Shown: positions 21,317 through 32,114, counted from the first letter of the stretch. The stretch is 64,000 nucleotides of DNA from Bdellovibrionales bacterium (GCA_965219095.1 OZ244719.1:320001-384000), one strand, 5' to 3'. Notes: a model not told the origin generated them from the sequence alone. Numbers and translations: made by a program.

Positions 21317-22036
21317 CTATATTTGATGTTTGAAAGCATGTTGCCTTTCAATCCACCCTACTTCATCTTTATTTGTTTTGATTTGAAACCAGCCTTCTGT
21401 CTGTTTTAAAATAGAAACATTCTCTCCCCCATAAACTGAGAATAGGCTTCCAAAGTTTTTTGAAGGAACAGAGCGAGCTTCTGTACTCTTTACGATCACT
21501 GTAGCACGAGAATGGAACTGCTCGTTAACATTCTCTACGACAAAAAGACTTGAGATAAGAAATAAAAAACTTGTAAAATAAAAAAAGCCACCTCTTTTTT
21601 GAGAAAAAAAGAGGAAGAAAGAAGAAAAAAGAAACAAAAGGTTAAGGGGTACAAGGTAAGAGTAGGGGATGAACTGAAAAACGAAAAACTTTGCGGATTC
21701 TACAAAGGAAAGAGAGGGTTTTTGTTCTAAGGCCTTATAGGCTTCTTTAAATCCCGGATCTAAATAGAGAACCCTTCTTAGCATTCCTGTTGCAGAAAAG
21801 AAATCTTCTTTTTGTAGTTTCAAAAGAGCTAAGTTGAACAAAGCGTTCACATCTCTAGGTTTATCTTGAACCCATTTTTTTAGAAAAACCTCCCTTTTTT
21901 CCATACTTTTAAGGTTTATAAGAGTACTTCTCAAACTCTCTTCGGCCTGAAGATGGATTGACAAGCTTAGAAGAAGAGGTAAAATAAAAAAACCATACAT
22001 ATATATGATATTAGTTTTTTTCATTTTGTTTGGCAA
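21317..22036 (-). CDS. TPR plus bacterial SH3 domain membrane protein (BatE-like)
   Basis: Signal-like N-terminus, TPR, two TMs, GWFQI...GWI SH3b motif. Confidence 0.7.
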   Translation of the reverse strand: MPNKMKKTNIIYMYGFFILPLLLSLSIHLQAEESLRSTLINLKSMEKREVFLKKWVQDKPRDVNALFNLALLKLQKEDFFSATGMLRRVLYLDPGFKEAYKALEQKPSLSFVESAKFFVFQFIPYSYLVPLNLLFLFSSFFLFFSQKRGGFFYFTSFLFLISSLFVVENVNEQFHSRATVIVKSTEARSVPSKNFGSLFSVYGGENVSILKQTEGWFQIKTNKDEVGWIERQHAFKHQI

Positions 22037-22041
22037 CTTGA

Positions 22042-23406
22042 GTGTTTTTTCATATGAACCCTTTTTTTTACAAAGATGAAACCCTTCAAGAGCTTTTGAG
22101 TTCAGTTGTTCATTACGTGGAAAAAAGCCAAAGATCCCTTAATAAAGTTATTTTCACTCAAAACCCTGAAGTTCTTCTCAAAAGCTCTGAAGAGATCGGT
22201 CATTTAAGAGGAAGGCCCTTATTTTACCCCTACTTAGGTCGAGGTTTAGGAAAGGGCTGTTTTGTTCAACTAGAAGACGGAAGTGTAAAGCTTGATTTCA
22301 TTAGTGGTATTGGGGTCCATATTCTAGGTCACAGCCATCCTATTGTGATTAAAGCAGCCCTAGAAGGAGCTGTAAGTGATATCGTTCATCAAGGGCATCT
22401 TCAAAGTAACCATGAACTTCTAGCCTTTCAAAAGAAAATATTTGATATAGGAAACAGAAAAGCTTGCTTTCAAGGATGTTGGATCACCACTTCAGGCTCT
22501 ATGGCAAATGAAAATGCTCTCAAAATCTGTCAACAAAAAACAAAATTCTCTACCATTCTAACTATGAAAAACGCTTTTGCCGGTCGCACCATAGCCATGC
22601 TCGGTGTCACAGAAAACCCTGCTTTAAAACAAGGTCTTTTACAAACAAATAAAACACTAAAAATCCCCTTTTTTGATCCCAAAAACCCTCAAAGTACAGA
22701 AGAATCACTTTCAAAACTCAAAACTTTTATAAGCCAAAATAAAATTTGCTGTTTTCTTTTTGAACCCCTCCAAGGAGAGGGGGGGATTCTCACAGCACCA
22801 AAGGAATTTTTCCTTCCTCTTTTAGAATTTTGTCGAACAAAAAAAGTTCCCATTTGGTGTGATGAAATTCAAACCTTTGCAAGAACAGGAGAGTTTTTTT
22901 CTTTTGAGAAATTAGGAATAGAAAATTACATCGATGTTTGTACTATTTCTAAAGCTGCACAAAATGGTGTGACTTTTTGGTCTTCTGAAATGGCCCCTAA
23001 AGGGGGTATCTTAGGGGGGACTTTTGCAGGAAGTTCTGTGAGTTTAAGTGTAGGAAGAGCTATTTTGGAGTATCTTGATAAAGGTGGTTTTATGGGAAAG
23101 GGTGGTAAGATTGAAGCTCTTCATAAAGAATTTCGAACAGCTTTAGAAGACTTAAGAGATCATTCTTGTAAAGGTTTGATATCTGACATTTCGGGGCAAG
23201 GAGTTATAATGGCTTTTACCCCTTTCGACGGTTCAACAGAAAAAAGAAATCTCCTTGTAAAGACTCTCCATAAAAAGGGTCTTCTTTGTTTAGGTTGCGG
23301 GCTTCAGACAGCACGAGTAAGATTCTTAATCCCTGTGACTACCACTTCTTATGAGTTACAAATGGCAAAATCCATTATAGAATCTGCTCTAAAGGAGATC
23401 CATTGA
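22042..23406 (+). CDS. Class III PLP aminotransferase (AstC/ArgD-like)
   Basis: LGHSHP, SGS.ANE.ALK, AFAGRT, EPLQGEGG, DEIQT, GGTF; upstream of astD. Confidence 0.88.
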   Translation: MFFHMNPFFYKDETLQELLSSVVHYVEKSQRSLNKVIFTQNPEVLLKSSEEIGHLRGRPLFYPYLGRGLGKGCFVQLEDGSVKLDFISGIGVHILGHSHPIVIKAALEGAVSDIVHQGHLQSNHELLAFQKKIFDIGNRKACFQGCWITTSGSMANENALKICQQKTKFSTILTMKNAFAGRTIAMLGVTENPALKQGLLQTNKTLKIPFFDPKNPQSTEESLSKLKTFISQNKICCFLFEPLQGEGGILTAPKEFFLPLLEFCRTKKVPIWCDEIQTFARTGEFFSFEKLGIENYIDVCTISKAAQNGVTFWSSEMAPKGGILGGTFAGSSVSLSVGRAILEYLDKGGFMGKGGKIEALHKEFRTALEDLRDHSCKGLISDISGQGVIMAFTPFDGSTEKRNLLVKTLHKKGLLCLGCGLQTARVRFLIPVTTTSYELQMAKSIIESALKEIH

Positions 23407-24899
23407 AATTTTTAGGTGATTTTATAGATGGTCAATTTTCTTTACAAGATCATGAAGAAAAAACCCCAAAGCTCTCTCCTTCAGACACTTCCGATCATAT
23501 CCTTTCTTTTTCTTCTTCGTTTTCTTCTGTTAAAAGAGCTTATGAAGCGGCAAGAAGAGCCTTTCCTTTGTGGAGAGATTTAAATATAAGCCAAAGAAAA
23601 AAGTATCTTTTGAAACTGAAGAAAGCTTACGAGAAAAGATCTTCTGATATAGCGGAGATCATTTCTCGAGAAACAGGAAAACCTCTTTGGGAAGCTCAAG
23701 GGGAGGCTAAGGCTTTAGCTTCTAAAATTGACATTACATTAAATGAATCTCTTAAGCTTGTGCAAAAACAAGTGATCCCTAAAGCCTTAAAAACTATAAC
23801 AGGTGTTATACGATACCAAGCAAGGGGGGTTTTAGGGGTTATAGGTCCTTTTAATTTCCCAGCTCATTTACCTAATGGGCATTTTATCCCTGCCCTACTT
23901 CTAGGAAACACTGTTGTCTTTAAACCTTCTGATAAAACTCCTGCTACAGGACAACTTATTGCGGAGGTTTTCAAATCCTGCGAGTTTCCTAAAGGAGTTT
24001 TTAACCTCATTCAAGGGCAAGCTGACATAGGCCAGAAATTAGCCGAACACCCCGGAATCGATGGCCTCTTGTTCACAGGCTCCTATGAGGTAGGTTTAAA
24101 AATTAAAAGAATGACATTGTATCAAGCTCATAAAATTTTAGCTCTCGAAATGGGGGGCAAAAACACAAGCCTTATTTGGAAAGATGCTAATTTAAAAAGA
24201 GCTGTCTATGAAAATCTGATAGGAAGTTTTGCCACAGCAGGACAGCGCTGTTCTTGCACAAGTAAAATTTTTATTCACAGAAACGTGTATGATGAGTTTG
24301 CGTCTTATTTTATAAAAGGAGCTCAGAGAATAAAGGTTGGGCATTGGAAAGATAAGCCTTTTTACGGAGCTCTCATTGATGAAGCTTCTGAAAGAAGGTA
24401 CTTGCAGTTCCAAGACATTGCTGTAAGAGAAGGAGCTAAAACCCTTTTGCGAGGAGAAAAGATAGAAAGCCCCTATGAAGGTTATTATGTAAGTCCTAGT
24501 GTTCATTTTATTTCAAAACCTTCTCAGAAATCAGTGTATCAAACAACAGAAATCTTTGGTCCTTGTACAAGTTTTTTCCTTATAGATAGCTTTGAAGAAG
24601 CTATTGAGCTTAACAATTCTTCCGGATTCGGTTTAGCTATGTCTGTTTTTTCTAAAGATTCACAAATCTATAAAGAAAGTACAAGGAAGGCTAAAGTGGG
24701 AGTTTTAAATTGGAATCGTAGTACTGTGGGTGCTAGTTCAAAGCTTCCCTTTGGAGGAAGAGGTTTTTCTGGAAACGATAGGCCTTCTGGAAGTTTTGCT
24801 GTCTACTATTGCTCGAGTTCTGTGGCGTCCTTAGAAGGAGAGAACTTCTTTAAAGCTAAGGAAGAGACACAGCCTCCAGGACTTAACTATGAAGATTAG
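23403..24899 (+). CDS. astD: Succinylglutamate-semialdehyde dehydrogenase
   Basis: GPFNFPAHLPNGH, LALEMGG, TAGQRC, GASS.LPFGG.G.SGN.RP. Confidence 0.88.
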   Translation: MKFLGDFIDGQFSLQDHEEKTPKLSPSDTSDHILSFSSSFSSVKRAYEAARRAFPLWRDLNISQRKKYLLKLKKAYEKRSSDIAEIISRETGKPLWEAQGEAKALASKIDITLNESLKLVQKQVIPKALKTITGVIRYQARGVLGVIGPFNFPAHLPNGHFIPALLLGNTVVFKPSDKTPATGQLIAEVFKSCEFPKGVFNLIQGQADIGQKLAEHPGIDGLLFTGSYEVGLKIKRMTLYQAHKILALEMGGKNTSLIWKDANLKRAVYENLIGSFATAGQRCSCTSKIFIHRNVYDEFASYFIKGAQRIKVGHWKDKPFYGALIDEASERRYLQFQDIAVREGAKTLLRGEKIESPYEGYYVSPSVHFISKPSQKSVYQTTEIFGPCTSFFLIDSFEEAIELNNSSGFGLAMSVFSKDSQIYKESTRKAKVGVLNWNRSTVGASSKLPFGGRGFSGNDRPSGSFAVYYCSSSVASLEGENFFKAKEETQPPGLNYED

Positions 24900-25944
24900 A
24901 ATTTTTATAGGACTTTGTTTCATCTTTACAGGAATCCTCTTTTTTCTTATTTTTTTTCCTGTACCTGCTCATAAAAAAGTTGTTATAGATATAAAACCAG
25001 GTCAGTATTTCGATCAAACACTTAAAAAATTAAAAGAAAAAAATCTGATACGTTCTGTCTTGCTTACTAAAATTGTTTCAAAGTTACTAGGTTTTGATAA
25101 AAAGATCCAAACAGGAGAGTATCTTATAGATAAAGAACTTAACTTAATAGCTCTTCTTAAACTTCTGTCTTCCGGAAAACACATAATTTACACAATAACC
25201 TTTCCAGAAGGAATCAATCTCTACGAAATAGCAAAGAAATTAGATGAAACAGGACTTATTTTAAAAAAGGAATTTCTAGACTTAGCTTTCAACCAAGATT
25301 ATACTAAAGCTCTTCTGGGAGAAAAGCTCTATAGTTTTGAAGGTTATCTTTTTCCTGAAACTTATAAGATTACAAAATACACAGGGGCAAAAAATCTTAT
25401 TAAGCTTATGGTGGATCAATTCTTACAGGTTTATAAAGAAATAAGACCTAGAGAAACCGCTCTAGCACGACAATTCAAAAAAGGAGAGCCTATGACAAGA
25501 AAAGAAATTGTCATTTTAGCAAGTATTATAGAAAAAGAAACAGGAATTCCTTCTGAAAGGCGTCTTATTTCGTCTGTCTTCCATAACCGCTTATCAAAAA
25601 ACATGAGGCTTGAAACCGACCCTACAATCATTTACGGAATCTTAGATCGTACAAAAAAAACTCCTAAAAATATAAGAAAAAAAGACATTAGAACAAAAGA
25701 TGACTATAACACTTATATTCTTAAAGGTTTTCCTAAAGGACCCATTGGAAATCCAGGGCAGGAATCTTTATTAGCCAGTATCAACCCTCAAAAATCAAAC
25801 TACTTTTTCTTTGTAAGTCGCAATGATGGGAGCCATTTTTTTAGCTCAACATATGAAGAGCACTTAAAAGCTGTGAGACAGTATCAACTCAGCAGACCTG
25901 CTGTGAGAAGAAAAACATGGGCTAAACCTAAGAATTCAAATTAA
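24889..25944 (+). CDS. mltG: Endolytic transglycosylase MltG (YceG)
   Basis: EGYLFPETY, LASIIEKET, VF.NRL...M.L..DPT, YNTY...G.P.GPI.NPG. Confidence 0.95.
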   Translation: MKIRIFIGLCFIFTGILFFLIFFPVPAHKKVVIDIKPGQYFDQTLKKLKEKNLIRSVLLTKIVSKLLGFDKKIQTGEYLIDKELNLIALLKLLSSGKHIIYTITFPEGINLYEIAKKLDETGLILKKEFLDLAFNQDYTKALLGEKLYSFEGYLFPETYKITKYTGAKNLIKLMVDQFLQVYKEIRPRETALARQFKKGEPMTRKEIVILASIIEKETGIPSERRLISSVFHNRLSKNMRLETDPTIIYGILDRTKKTPKNIRKKDIRTKDDYNTYILKGFPKGPIGNPGQESLLASINPQKSNYFFFVSRNDGSHFFSSTYEEHLKAVRQYQLSRPAVRRKTWAKPKNSN

Positions 25945-26396
25945 AAAAGATCAAGGTTTGCACGGACAAACTTTTTTTTCTGAAAATCATAATGAAATAT
26001 ATTCAAATAAGAAACAAGTTTTTTGTCAAAACTGGGGGCTATAACTTCGATTCGACCATCTTTATCAATATCTAAGAGAAAAAGGTTTGTAGGCTGGTTT
26101 TTAAAATTCAAATACCCATCATAGGAATGAAGCAGAGGGATTTTATCTAGAACAGGTTGCACTGTTTTTTTGCTAATATCATAGAACTCTAGAAAAAGTC
26201 CTTTATGAGTTTTAATCTTTACCACTTGAACTTTGCTCCCTATACCCATAAGAGGACCTTGAACAACGCTTAAAATATCTCTATGAGGCTTATGAAAAAA
26301 GGAATAGATAATCTTCCTTACAGGCCTTAAAAAAAGAAGGGTAAAAGTAAGAAAGATAAGGATGAAGAAAGTCAATTTAAAAAGATGGTTTTTCAT
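25941..26396 (-). CDS. Hypothetical membrane-anchored protein
   Basis: N-terminal TM; DIDKDGRIE FG-GAP-like loop. Confidence 0.65.
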   Translation of the reverse strand: MKNHLFKLTFFILIFLTFTLLFLRPVRKIIYSFFHKPHRDILSVVQGPLMGIGSKVQVVKIKTHKGLFLEFYDISKKTVQPVLDKIPLLHSYDGYLNFKNQPTNLFLLDIDKDGRIEVIAPSFDKKLVSYLNIFHYDFQKKKFVRANLDLF

Positions 26397-26514
26397 ACGT
26401 TTATAATAACTGAAAAGAGCCTTTTTCTATAGATAGACAAAAGTTGAGACACTGAGTTTCTGAAAACCCTTTTCATAGACATTCAAGATAAGGACTTGGC
26501 ATAATAGAAGAACT

Positions 26515-27105
26515 ATGAACTTTTATGTTCTTGCTTCTAAGAGAAAATCTATCCGTAAGTACAAAAAAAAGCCTGTTGATAGAGAGATCTTAGACCGTAT
26601 TTTAGAGTCTTGCTTTCATGCACCTTCTGGCAAAAACAAACAAAATTGGAGGTTTTTTATACTCGAAGGCAAGAAAAGGGATGAATACCTTAAATATTCT
26701 CAAAAATCATGGCTTGGAATTAAAGACATTCTCAAAAAAACTCTTAAGCCTTCTCTTTATGATTTTACAGAAAGGTTCTTTTATACATTAGGAGACGCTC
26801 CTGTTATTATTTTTTGTTATTGTCTTCACTCAAAAGACGAAAGGTATTTAACAAGTATTGGAAGTGTGTACATGGCAGTTCAGAACTTGAATTTAGCTTG
26901 TTTCTACGAAGGATTAGGTTGCTGTACTATGGGTGCTCCCCTAGAAATTGAAAAAGAAGTCAATGAGTTTTTAGGAGTTCATAAGAAAGAAGGTTTTCCA
27001 GAGGATAAACTTCAGCTTTTATGTGCTGTGGTTTTAGGCTGGCCTGATCATGATCCTCCTAAAGCACCAAGACTACGTGAGGGAAGGGTGAAGTCTATAA
27101 AGTAA
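26515..27105 (+). CDS. Nitroreductase family protein
   Basis: RKSIRKY, APSG.N.Q.W.F, QNL.LA...GLG. Confidence 0.92.
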   Translation: MNFYVLASKRKSIRKYKKKPVDREILDRILESCFHAPSGKNKQNWRFFILEGKKRDEYLKYSQKSWLGIKDILKKTLKPSLYDFTERFFYTLGDAPVIIFCYCLHSKDERYLTSIGSVYMAVQNLNLACFYEGLGCCTMGAPLEIEKEVNEFLGVHKKEGFPEDKLQLLCAVVLGWPDHDPPKAPRLREGRVKSIK

Positions 27106-27124
27106 AATTCTCTAATAATTTAAT

Positions 27125-27309
27125 AGAATCTGGATGGAAATGTCTGATGTTATGTTTTAAAAATGTTGTTTGTAAAAAAAAAATAGGGATGACCTCCTTT
27201 TTGTTGTTAATATTTAGTAAGCTCCTTTTTATGAGCTTACTTCTTAGATGAGTTTAACTCTTCTAATCAGGGTTTTTAAGTCCCAGCCTTTCAAAAAGGC
27301 TGGTCATAC
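27125..27309 (-). mobile_element. Transposase-less copy of the IS110 left-end structured region
   Basis: About 120 bp highly similar to 7070-7190, with no following ORF. Confidence 0.6.
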
Positions 27310-27823
27310 GTAACTCGGTTTGATGAAACTCCCTGGCCTATCAATAATTCGCAGCAAAAAGATGGCTATATGTTTGTTATAAGTCATCAGGGAGGGAGTT
27401 TTTATTATTTTCATGAGAGTCGTTCAGCATGTTCTGTTAAAGAACTCTTGAGGTCTTATAAGGGGCCTATTTTAACAGATGGATACGCTAGTTATAAAAC
27501 ACACTTTAAGGATGAAAAGGGAATTGATCTTGCTTTTTGTTGGTCTCATGCGAGAAGAAAGTTTATTGACATAGAACAGAATTACCCTAAGGAATGTGGA
27601 AAAGTATTAAAGCTTATGGGGGAGATTTTTAAAGTTGAATCAAAGGCAAAAACTTATGAAGAGCTCAAAAATTTAAGACAAACAGAATCAAAGGATTTAG
27701 TTCTTAAACTTCAGGATCTGTATTATAAGCTTTATGGAAAAGCTCGTCCTGAGAGTGGGTTACAAAAAGCTATTGATTATAGCTTTAAAACCATTAGGAT
27801 GGCTTAAATTTATTTTTAAATAA
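27310..27823 (+). pseudogene. IS66 deletion derivative (left IR joined directly to mid-tnpC; ORF 27370..27807)
   Basis: gtaactcggtt then DET, TDGY..Y, CWSHARRKF. Confidence 0.88.
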
Positions 27824-27953
27824 TACCATTTCCAAAAATTAATTCGACATTCTTTTAACGCATAGCACCCTGGCTTTTTAATCAAACTCTGTTAAATTTT
27901 TAGAGTGTTTAAAGATTTAGTTACAAAGCTTCAAGGGTATGATTTTCTCTACT

Positions 27954-29969
27954 TAGTCGAACGTGAAAAATTGACAAAAGCCTAGGATTTTTATGCTGTA
28001 TGATCTTTATTCCTGTTACTTTCTACTATAGAGGGTTAAATATTTTTTCATAACTTAAACAAAACAGTAGTTTTCAAGAAGGCGTACAGGCCTTTTAAGC
28101 CATTTCAGTGAAAAAAACGAAAAAAGACGCAACCTCTAGCATTAACTTTCTAAAATTTTGAGAAACTCCTGATAAAAGACTATTACATCTTAAAGCCCTC
28201 CTTTGTTTAAATTCTTTTGGGCTCATGTATTTCAAGGAAGAATGCATTCTTACCTTGTTATACCAATCCATGTAAATTGCAATTTTTTTCTCCAACTCTT
28301 CCTTCGTTGTACAGTCTTTGTATTCCAGTTCATCCTTCAACGTATGGAAAAAGCTCTCCACAAACGCATTATCATAACAATTTCCTTTCCTAGACATAGA
28401 TTGCTTGAGGCCAAAGAATTTCAATTCTTTTCTAAACCCTTCACAACAATATTGAACCCCTTGATCCGAGTGGATTATCAAGCCCTCTAAGTTCCCAGAA
28501 ACAGATTGGACTGCGGCTCTCAGAGCCTGTTTTGAATGAACCCCGTCCAAGCTCTCACAGAGCTTCCAAGACTTAATCTCTCGATTATAGACATCTAAAA
28601 ATACAACCAAATACAGAAATTTATCTCTAAAAGGAATATAGGTTAAATCCGAACACCATACCTGGTTTTCTTTTCCTGCTTGGCTCTGTCCTGTCTTAAA
28701 CAACCGAGGAGACTTAATCATGAGAGGGTTATTCTTTGTTGTTCTAGGAACATAGGGTTTTTTCTGACGGGCACTGAGATTCTTTAGTTTCATAATTCGA
28801 GCTACTTTGTTTTCTCCAGCACTCACTCCGCAACGCTTTAATTCCCTATACACCCTGGGGGAACCATAACAGCCTTTATTTTTTTTAAAAATAGATTCTA
28901 TGTTTTTCTCCAGATTTTTATCCTTTTCAAGCTTTCCCCTGGTTTTTAAAAAACTATAAAAACCAGAACGAGATCCTCTTAATAATTCGCAAATGCGAAG
29001 CACTGGATGCCCTTTCTCTTTTACATAAAACATAGCCTTAAATCTCATTTCAGGATTTCCTTTGAAAAAAAAGCCGCTGCCTCTTTCAATATACCTACAC
29101 TCCGCCTCTCATAGACCAGCTCCTTTTTTAACCTCTTTATTTCCTCCAATGCCGAAGCCAAGTCATGGGAAGCTTGTCTTTCTACTTCAGGCTTTAGAAA
29201 ACGCTTCCAAGAGCTTATCACTTGGAAATTTCTCAGTCCTAGCTTCTCTGAGGCTTCCTTTGCACCTATTTCCTCTGCCAATTCAATGGCTTGCTTTTTA
29301 AACTCTTCCGAGTACTGTTTTACTTTTTCCATTCTTTCTTTTACCTCCATTTTATGGAGACTTTAAGAGAAAATTGACTGTCCGCAGAAACAGGGGAAGT
29401 TCACTACATTCTCAAACTCTTTTTTTTTTACAAAACCCTCTCTCAAAGCTAAATCAATGGTTTCCTCTAAGAGAACTTCTATCTTCTCAGCCCCCATCCT
29501 CTTTCTCCAGTTAGTCAATGAACTTCTATCACAGGGATCTTCATAAGAATAAAAAGGCTGACCACAAAAATACTGCCATTGAGGACTCTCTTTGAACATT
29601 TCTATTGTCTTCTCGTCACTTAAATTATAAATGTATTTCAAGCACTGAAGTCCCACCATTAAACGAGTTGAAAGACCTGGACGACCTTTTTTTTCATCAT
29701 ACTTCGAACCAAAATCTTTATCAAAACGATCCCAGTCTATTTTATTAGCTAAAATGACAAGCGGATGCTTCTTATGAACAATGTCGTTTACTCTAAAATT
29801 AAGAGGGCTTCTCTTTTGTGTGCTGAACATGTCTTTTGGCCTCATCTTTTTTCCTTTCTGTTTTGCAAGGTTTTTTATCTGTTTTTCCACTTCCTTGCAA
29901 TTATTTTTATGCGAAAATTACAAAAAAACAAGTGTTTTTAGCTGTTTGTGCATTTTTCACGTTCGACTA
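27954..29969 (-). mobile_element. IS5-family element: transposase N-terminus (about 29404..29890) and extreme C-terminus, middle replaced by IS3
   Basis: IRs tagtcgaacgtgaaaaa at both ends; HPLV.LA..IDW, GRP...RLM.GL, WQYFCG motifs. Confidence 0.88.
28188..29403 (-). mobile_element. IS3-family element lacking its right IR (orfA 29045..29350, orfB 28095..29048 with a foreign tail)
   Basis: Near-identical to 5455-6705 up to ...RALR. Confidence 0.93.
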
Positions 29970-30331
29970 CTTACAAAGTAGAAAGAAGTGCCAACATCAA
30001 GATAAAACTATTGGTTTTGCAGTATATGCAAGAAGGAAAATCGATTCAAGAAACGTCTATGAAAACTTAAACCTCCCCTCAAAAGAAGTTTTTTTAAAAT
30101 CTCCTAACTGAAGCTTTTCCTTAAGTCAATTTTAAAATTTTAAATTTGAACATAAAAATGTCGTCGAATTAATTTCTGTAATTGGTATCAGTAGAAGTCA
30201 TGGGCTGTTAAGAAACCGACTTACCCCTTTCCTCTACTGAAATGCTACTTTTTTGAAAGGATAACCTCTTTTAGCTCTTTGACATTATGTCAAGTTATAA
30301 TCAATACAACTAAAACGTAGAGACTGAGGAT

Positions 30332-30700
30332 TTATTCTCCCGGACATCGAGCCATAGCACAAGAAATAGCTTCATTATGGTTAGGCTTCTCTGTTGTTCT
30401 TCCTTCTTGTCTCTCTGTTGTTCTTCCTTCTTGTCCTTGACATCGAGCCATAGCACAAGAAATAGCTTCATTATGGTTAGGCTTCTCTGTTGTTCTTCCT
30501 TCTTGTCTCTCTGTTGTTCTTCCTTCTTGTCCTTGACATCGAGCCATAGCACAAGAAATAGCTTCATTATGGTTAGGCTTCTCTGTTGTTCTTCCTTCTT
30601 GTTCTTTTGATTGTTTTTCTGACGACCTGATCTCTGCATGCGACCACCCAGAAACTGCCATAATTAAAGCAAATACTGTGATTGTTTTTTTCATTTTCAT
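30332..30700 (-). CDS. Secreted small protein with 32-aa tandem repeats, each with a Cys pair (CAMARC)
   Basis: RBS aggag, Sec signal MKMKKTITVFALIMAVSGWSHA, frame open through the repeats. Confidence 0.75.
   Translation of the reverse strand: MKMKKTITVFALIMAVSGWSHAEIRSSEKQSKEQEGRTTEKPNHNEAISCAMARCQGQEGRTTERQEGRTTEKPNHNEAISCAMARCQGQEGRTTERQEGRTTEKPNHNEAISCAMARCPGE
30343..30602. repeat. Tandem repeat, 96-bp unit, about 2.7 copies, with an internal 24-bp sub-repeat
   Basis: catcgagccatagc at 30345, 30441 and 30537. Confidence 0.95.
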
Positions 30701-30967
30701 GTTTTCTCTCCTTATTGGATTGTTGTTTTTTTACTATTTACACAAAGTCTTTTCATACACCTCATTAGCTAAGTCAAGACCAACTTGCAAATAAATACAA
30801 TGCATCATTTTTCTAGCCTGAATTTCCACGTATCAGCTATAACATTTTCTTTTAAAATCACTAAAATTCTTCTAACACTTTTAACGCATGTGCTGCTGTC
30901 AAACTCGGGATGAAAAAATCAGTTACACAATTTGTAAGTCGGTTATATAGTGCTTCCGTTTAGTTTT

Positions 30968-31663
30968 TCAGTTTCCTAAGATAGAGAAGTTATCAGTTAT
31001 CAAAGTTTCTAATTTAGATCTGTGTTTTCGTATTCCTCTAAAAAATTGACTTAAACTTCCCTTGAAATCGTCATAGTTTTCATAATATCGATTCGCCGTG
31101 ACCTCTTTTTTCATAAACTTCCAAAGCCTTTCTATAGGATTTAAATTCGGTGAGTACGGAGGAAGATAAACAAGTTTTATATTCAACTCTTTCGCGAACT
31201 TCTTGACAGACTTCGATATAATGACAAAAGAAAAAATAAGCCAAAGCCATTTTATATTGTAAATGGATATGACAGAGATTATAAGGAAACTCAATCCAAT
31301 AAGATGAAGTACATTCCAAGTTATAAAAGAATCAACAAAAGAAAATTTTAAAAAAAGATTCTGAATCACTTCTAAAAAAATAAGAAAAAAAGATATAACG
31401 AGCACACTTTTTAAGGCTGATTTTTTAAGCTTTTCTCCTTTAATTTGAGAATCAAATCTTAGCCTTAAACTAGCTCCTGCTAATAAAGGAATCATAAGGT
31501 TAAAAAGTGCTAAAACTTGCCCTATAGAGATCAAGCTGTCCCTAGGATGGCTTCCTACATAGGAAAAATGAACATTTCCCTGAAGCCATCCAATACAATG
31601 ATTAGAAATCATAATAGAAACAGCTATGCATTTAAGATAATCGATTCCAAACCTAGATTCCAT
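30968..31663 (-). pseudogene. Chimera: DUF1624/acyltransferase-like membrane protein N-terminus fused in frame to the IS630 type b C-terminus
   Basis: R..IDYLK.IAV..MI..H and WNVLHLIG, then LPPYSPNLNPIERLW; IS IR at 30948. Confidence 0.75.
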
Positions 31664-32114
31664 GTTTTTACAGTTACATAATTTTTTTACGGTGTCTAAT
31701 TAGGTTCTCAAGCTCCTTACAGACTTTAGTATTGTTAACGCTTTTCTATACTAGGGGGGGTGTCGTCAATTGATTTAATGTGCCTAACCTTGTTTTGTGA
31801 GAAAGGGAGAAAGATGTTTCTTTAAAAGCACAGAGCCCCTTTTTTTTTAATATGAGCCTGTGATTTAAATCACAGGCTCATATTAAACCTCTAAAATCGA
31901 AGCTCTCATAACATATCGCATAAAATATAGTGATCAGGATTTCGTATAATTACTTGAAATCATTAGATTTTTAAAAAGGAAAAGCTGTAGTCGGGAAAAT
32001 ATATATTATAGTTGCCTTATCCCTAAAAGAGATGTAGTAGACTCAGAGTACACGATACTGTATTAACCTTAAGTTAAGAGCAGTAAAAAGTAAAACAAAA
32101 ACAAAGGAGGCTTT

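Larger units (their letters stand above)
27824..30187 (+). mobile_element. Degenerate, internally deleted IS630 type a interrupted by an IS5-family element
   Basis: Left IR at 27824; the GYDF../TYKV segment resumes at 29970; right tail and IR to 30187. Confidence 0.75.

Noticed and set aside
30343..30602. Possible CRISPR array
   Set aside because: Units are fully identical with no unique spacers, the period is a multiple of 3 inside an ORF, and no cas genes are present
30310..30639. Alternative ORFs over the 96-bp repeat (30310..30639 minus, 30377..30610 plus)
   Set aside because: Open only because of the repeat; 30332..30700 has the RBS and signal peptide
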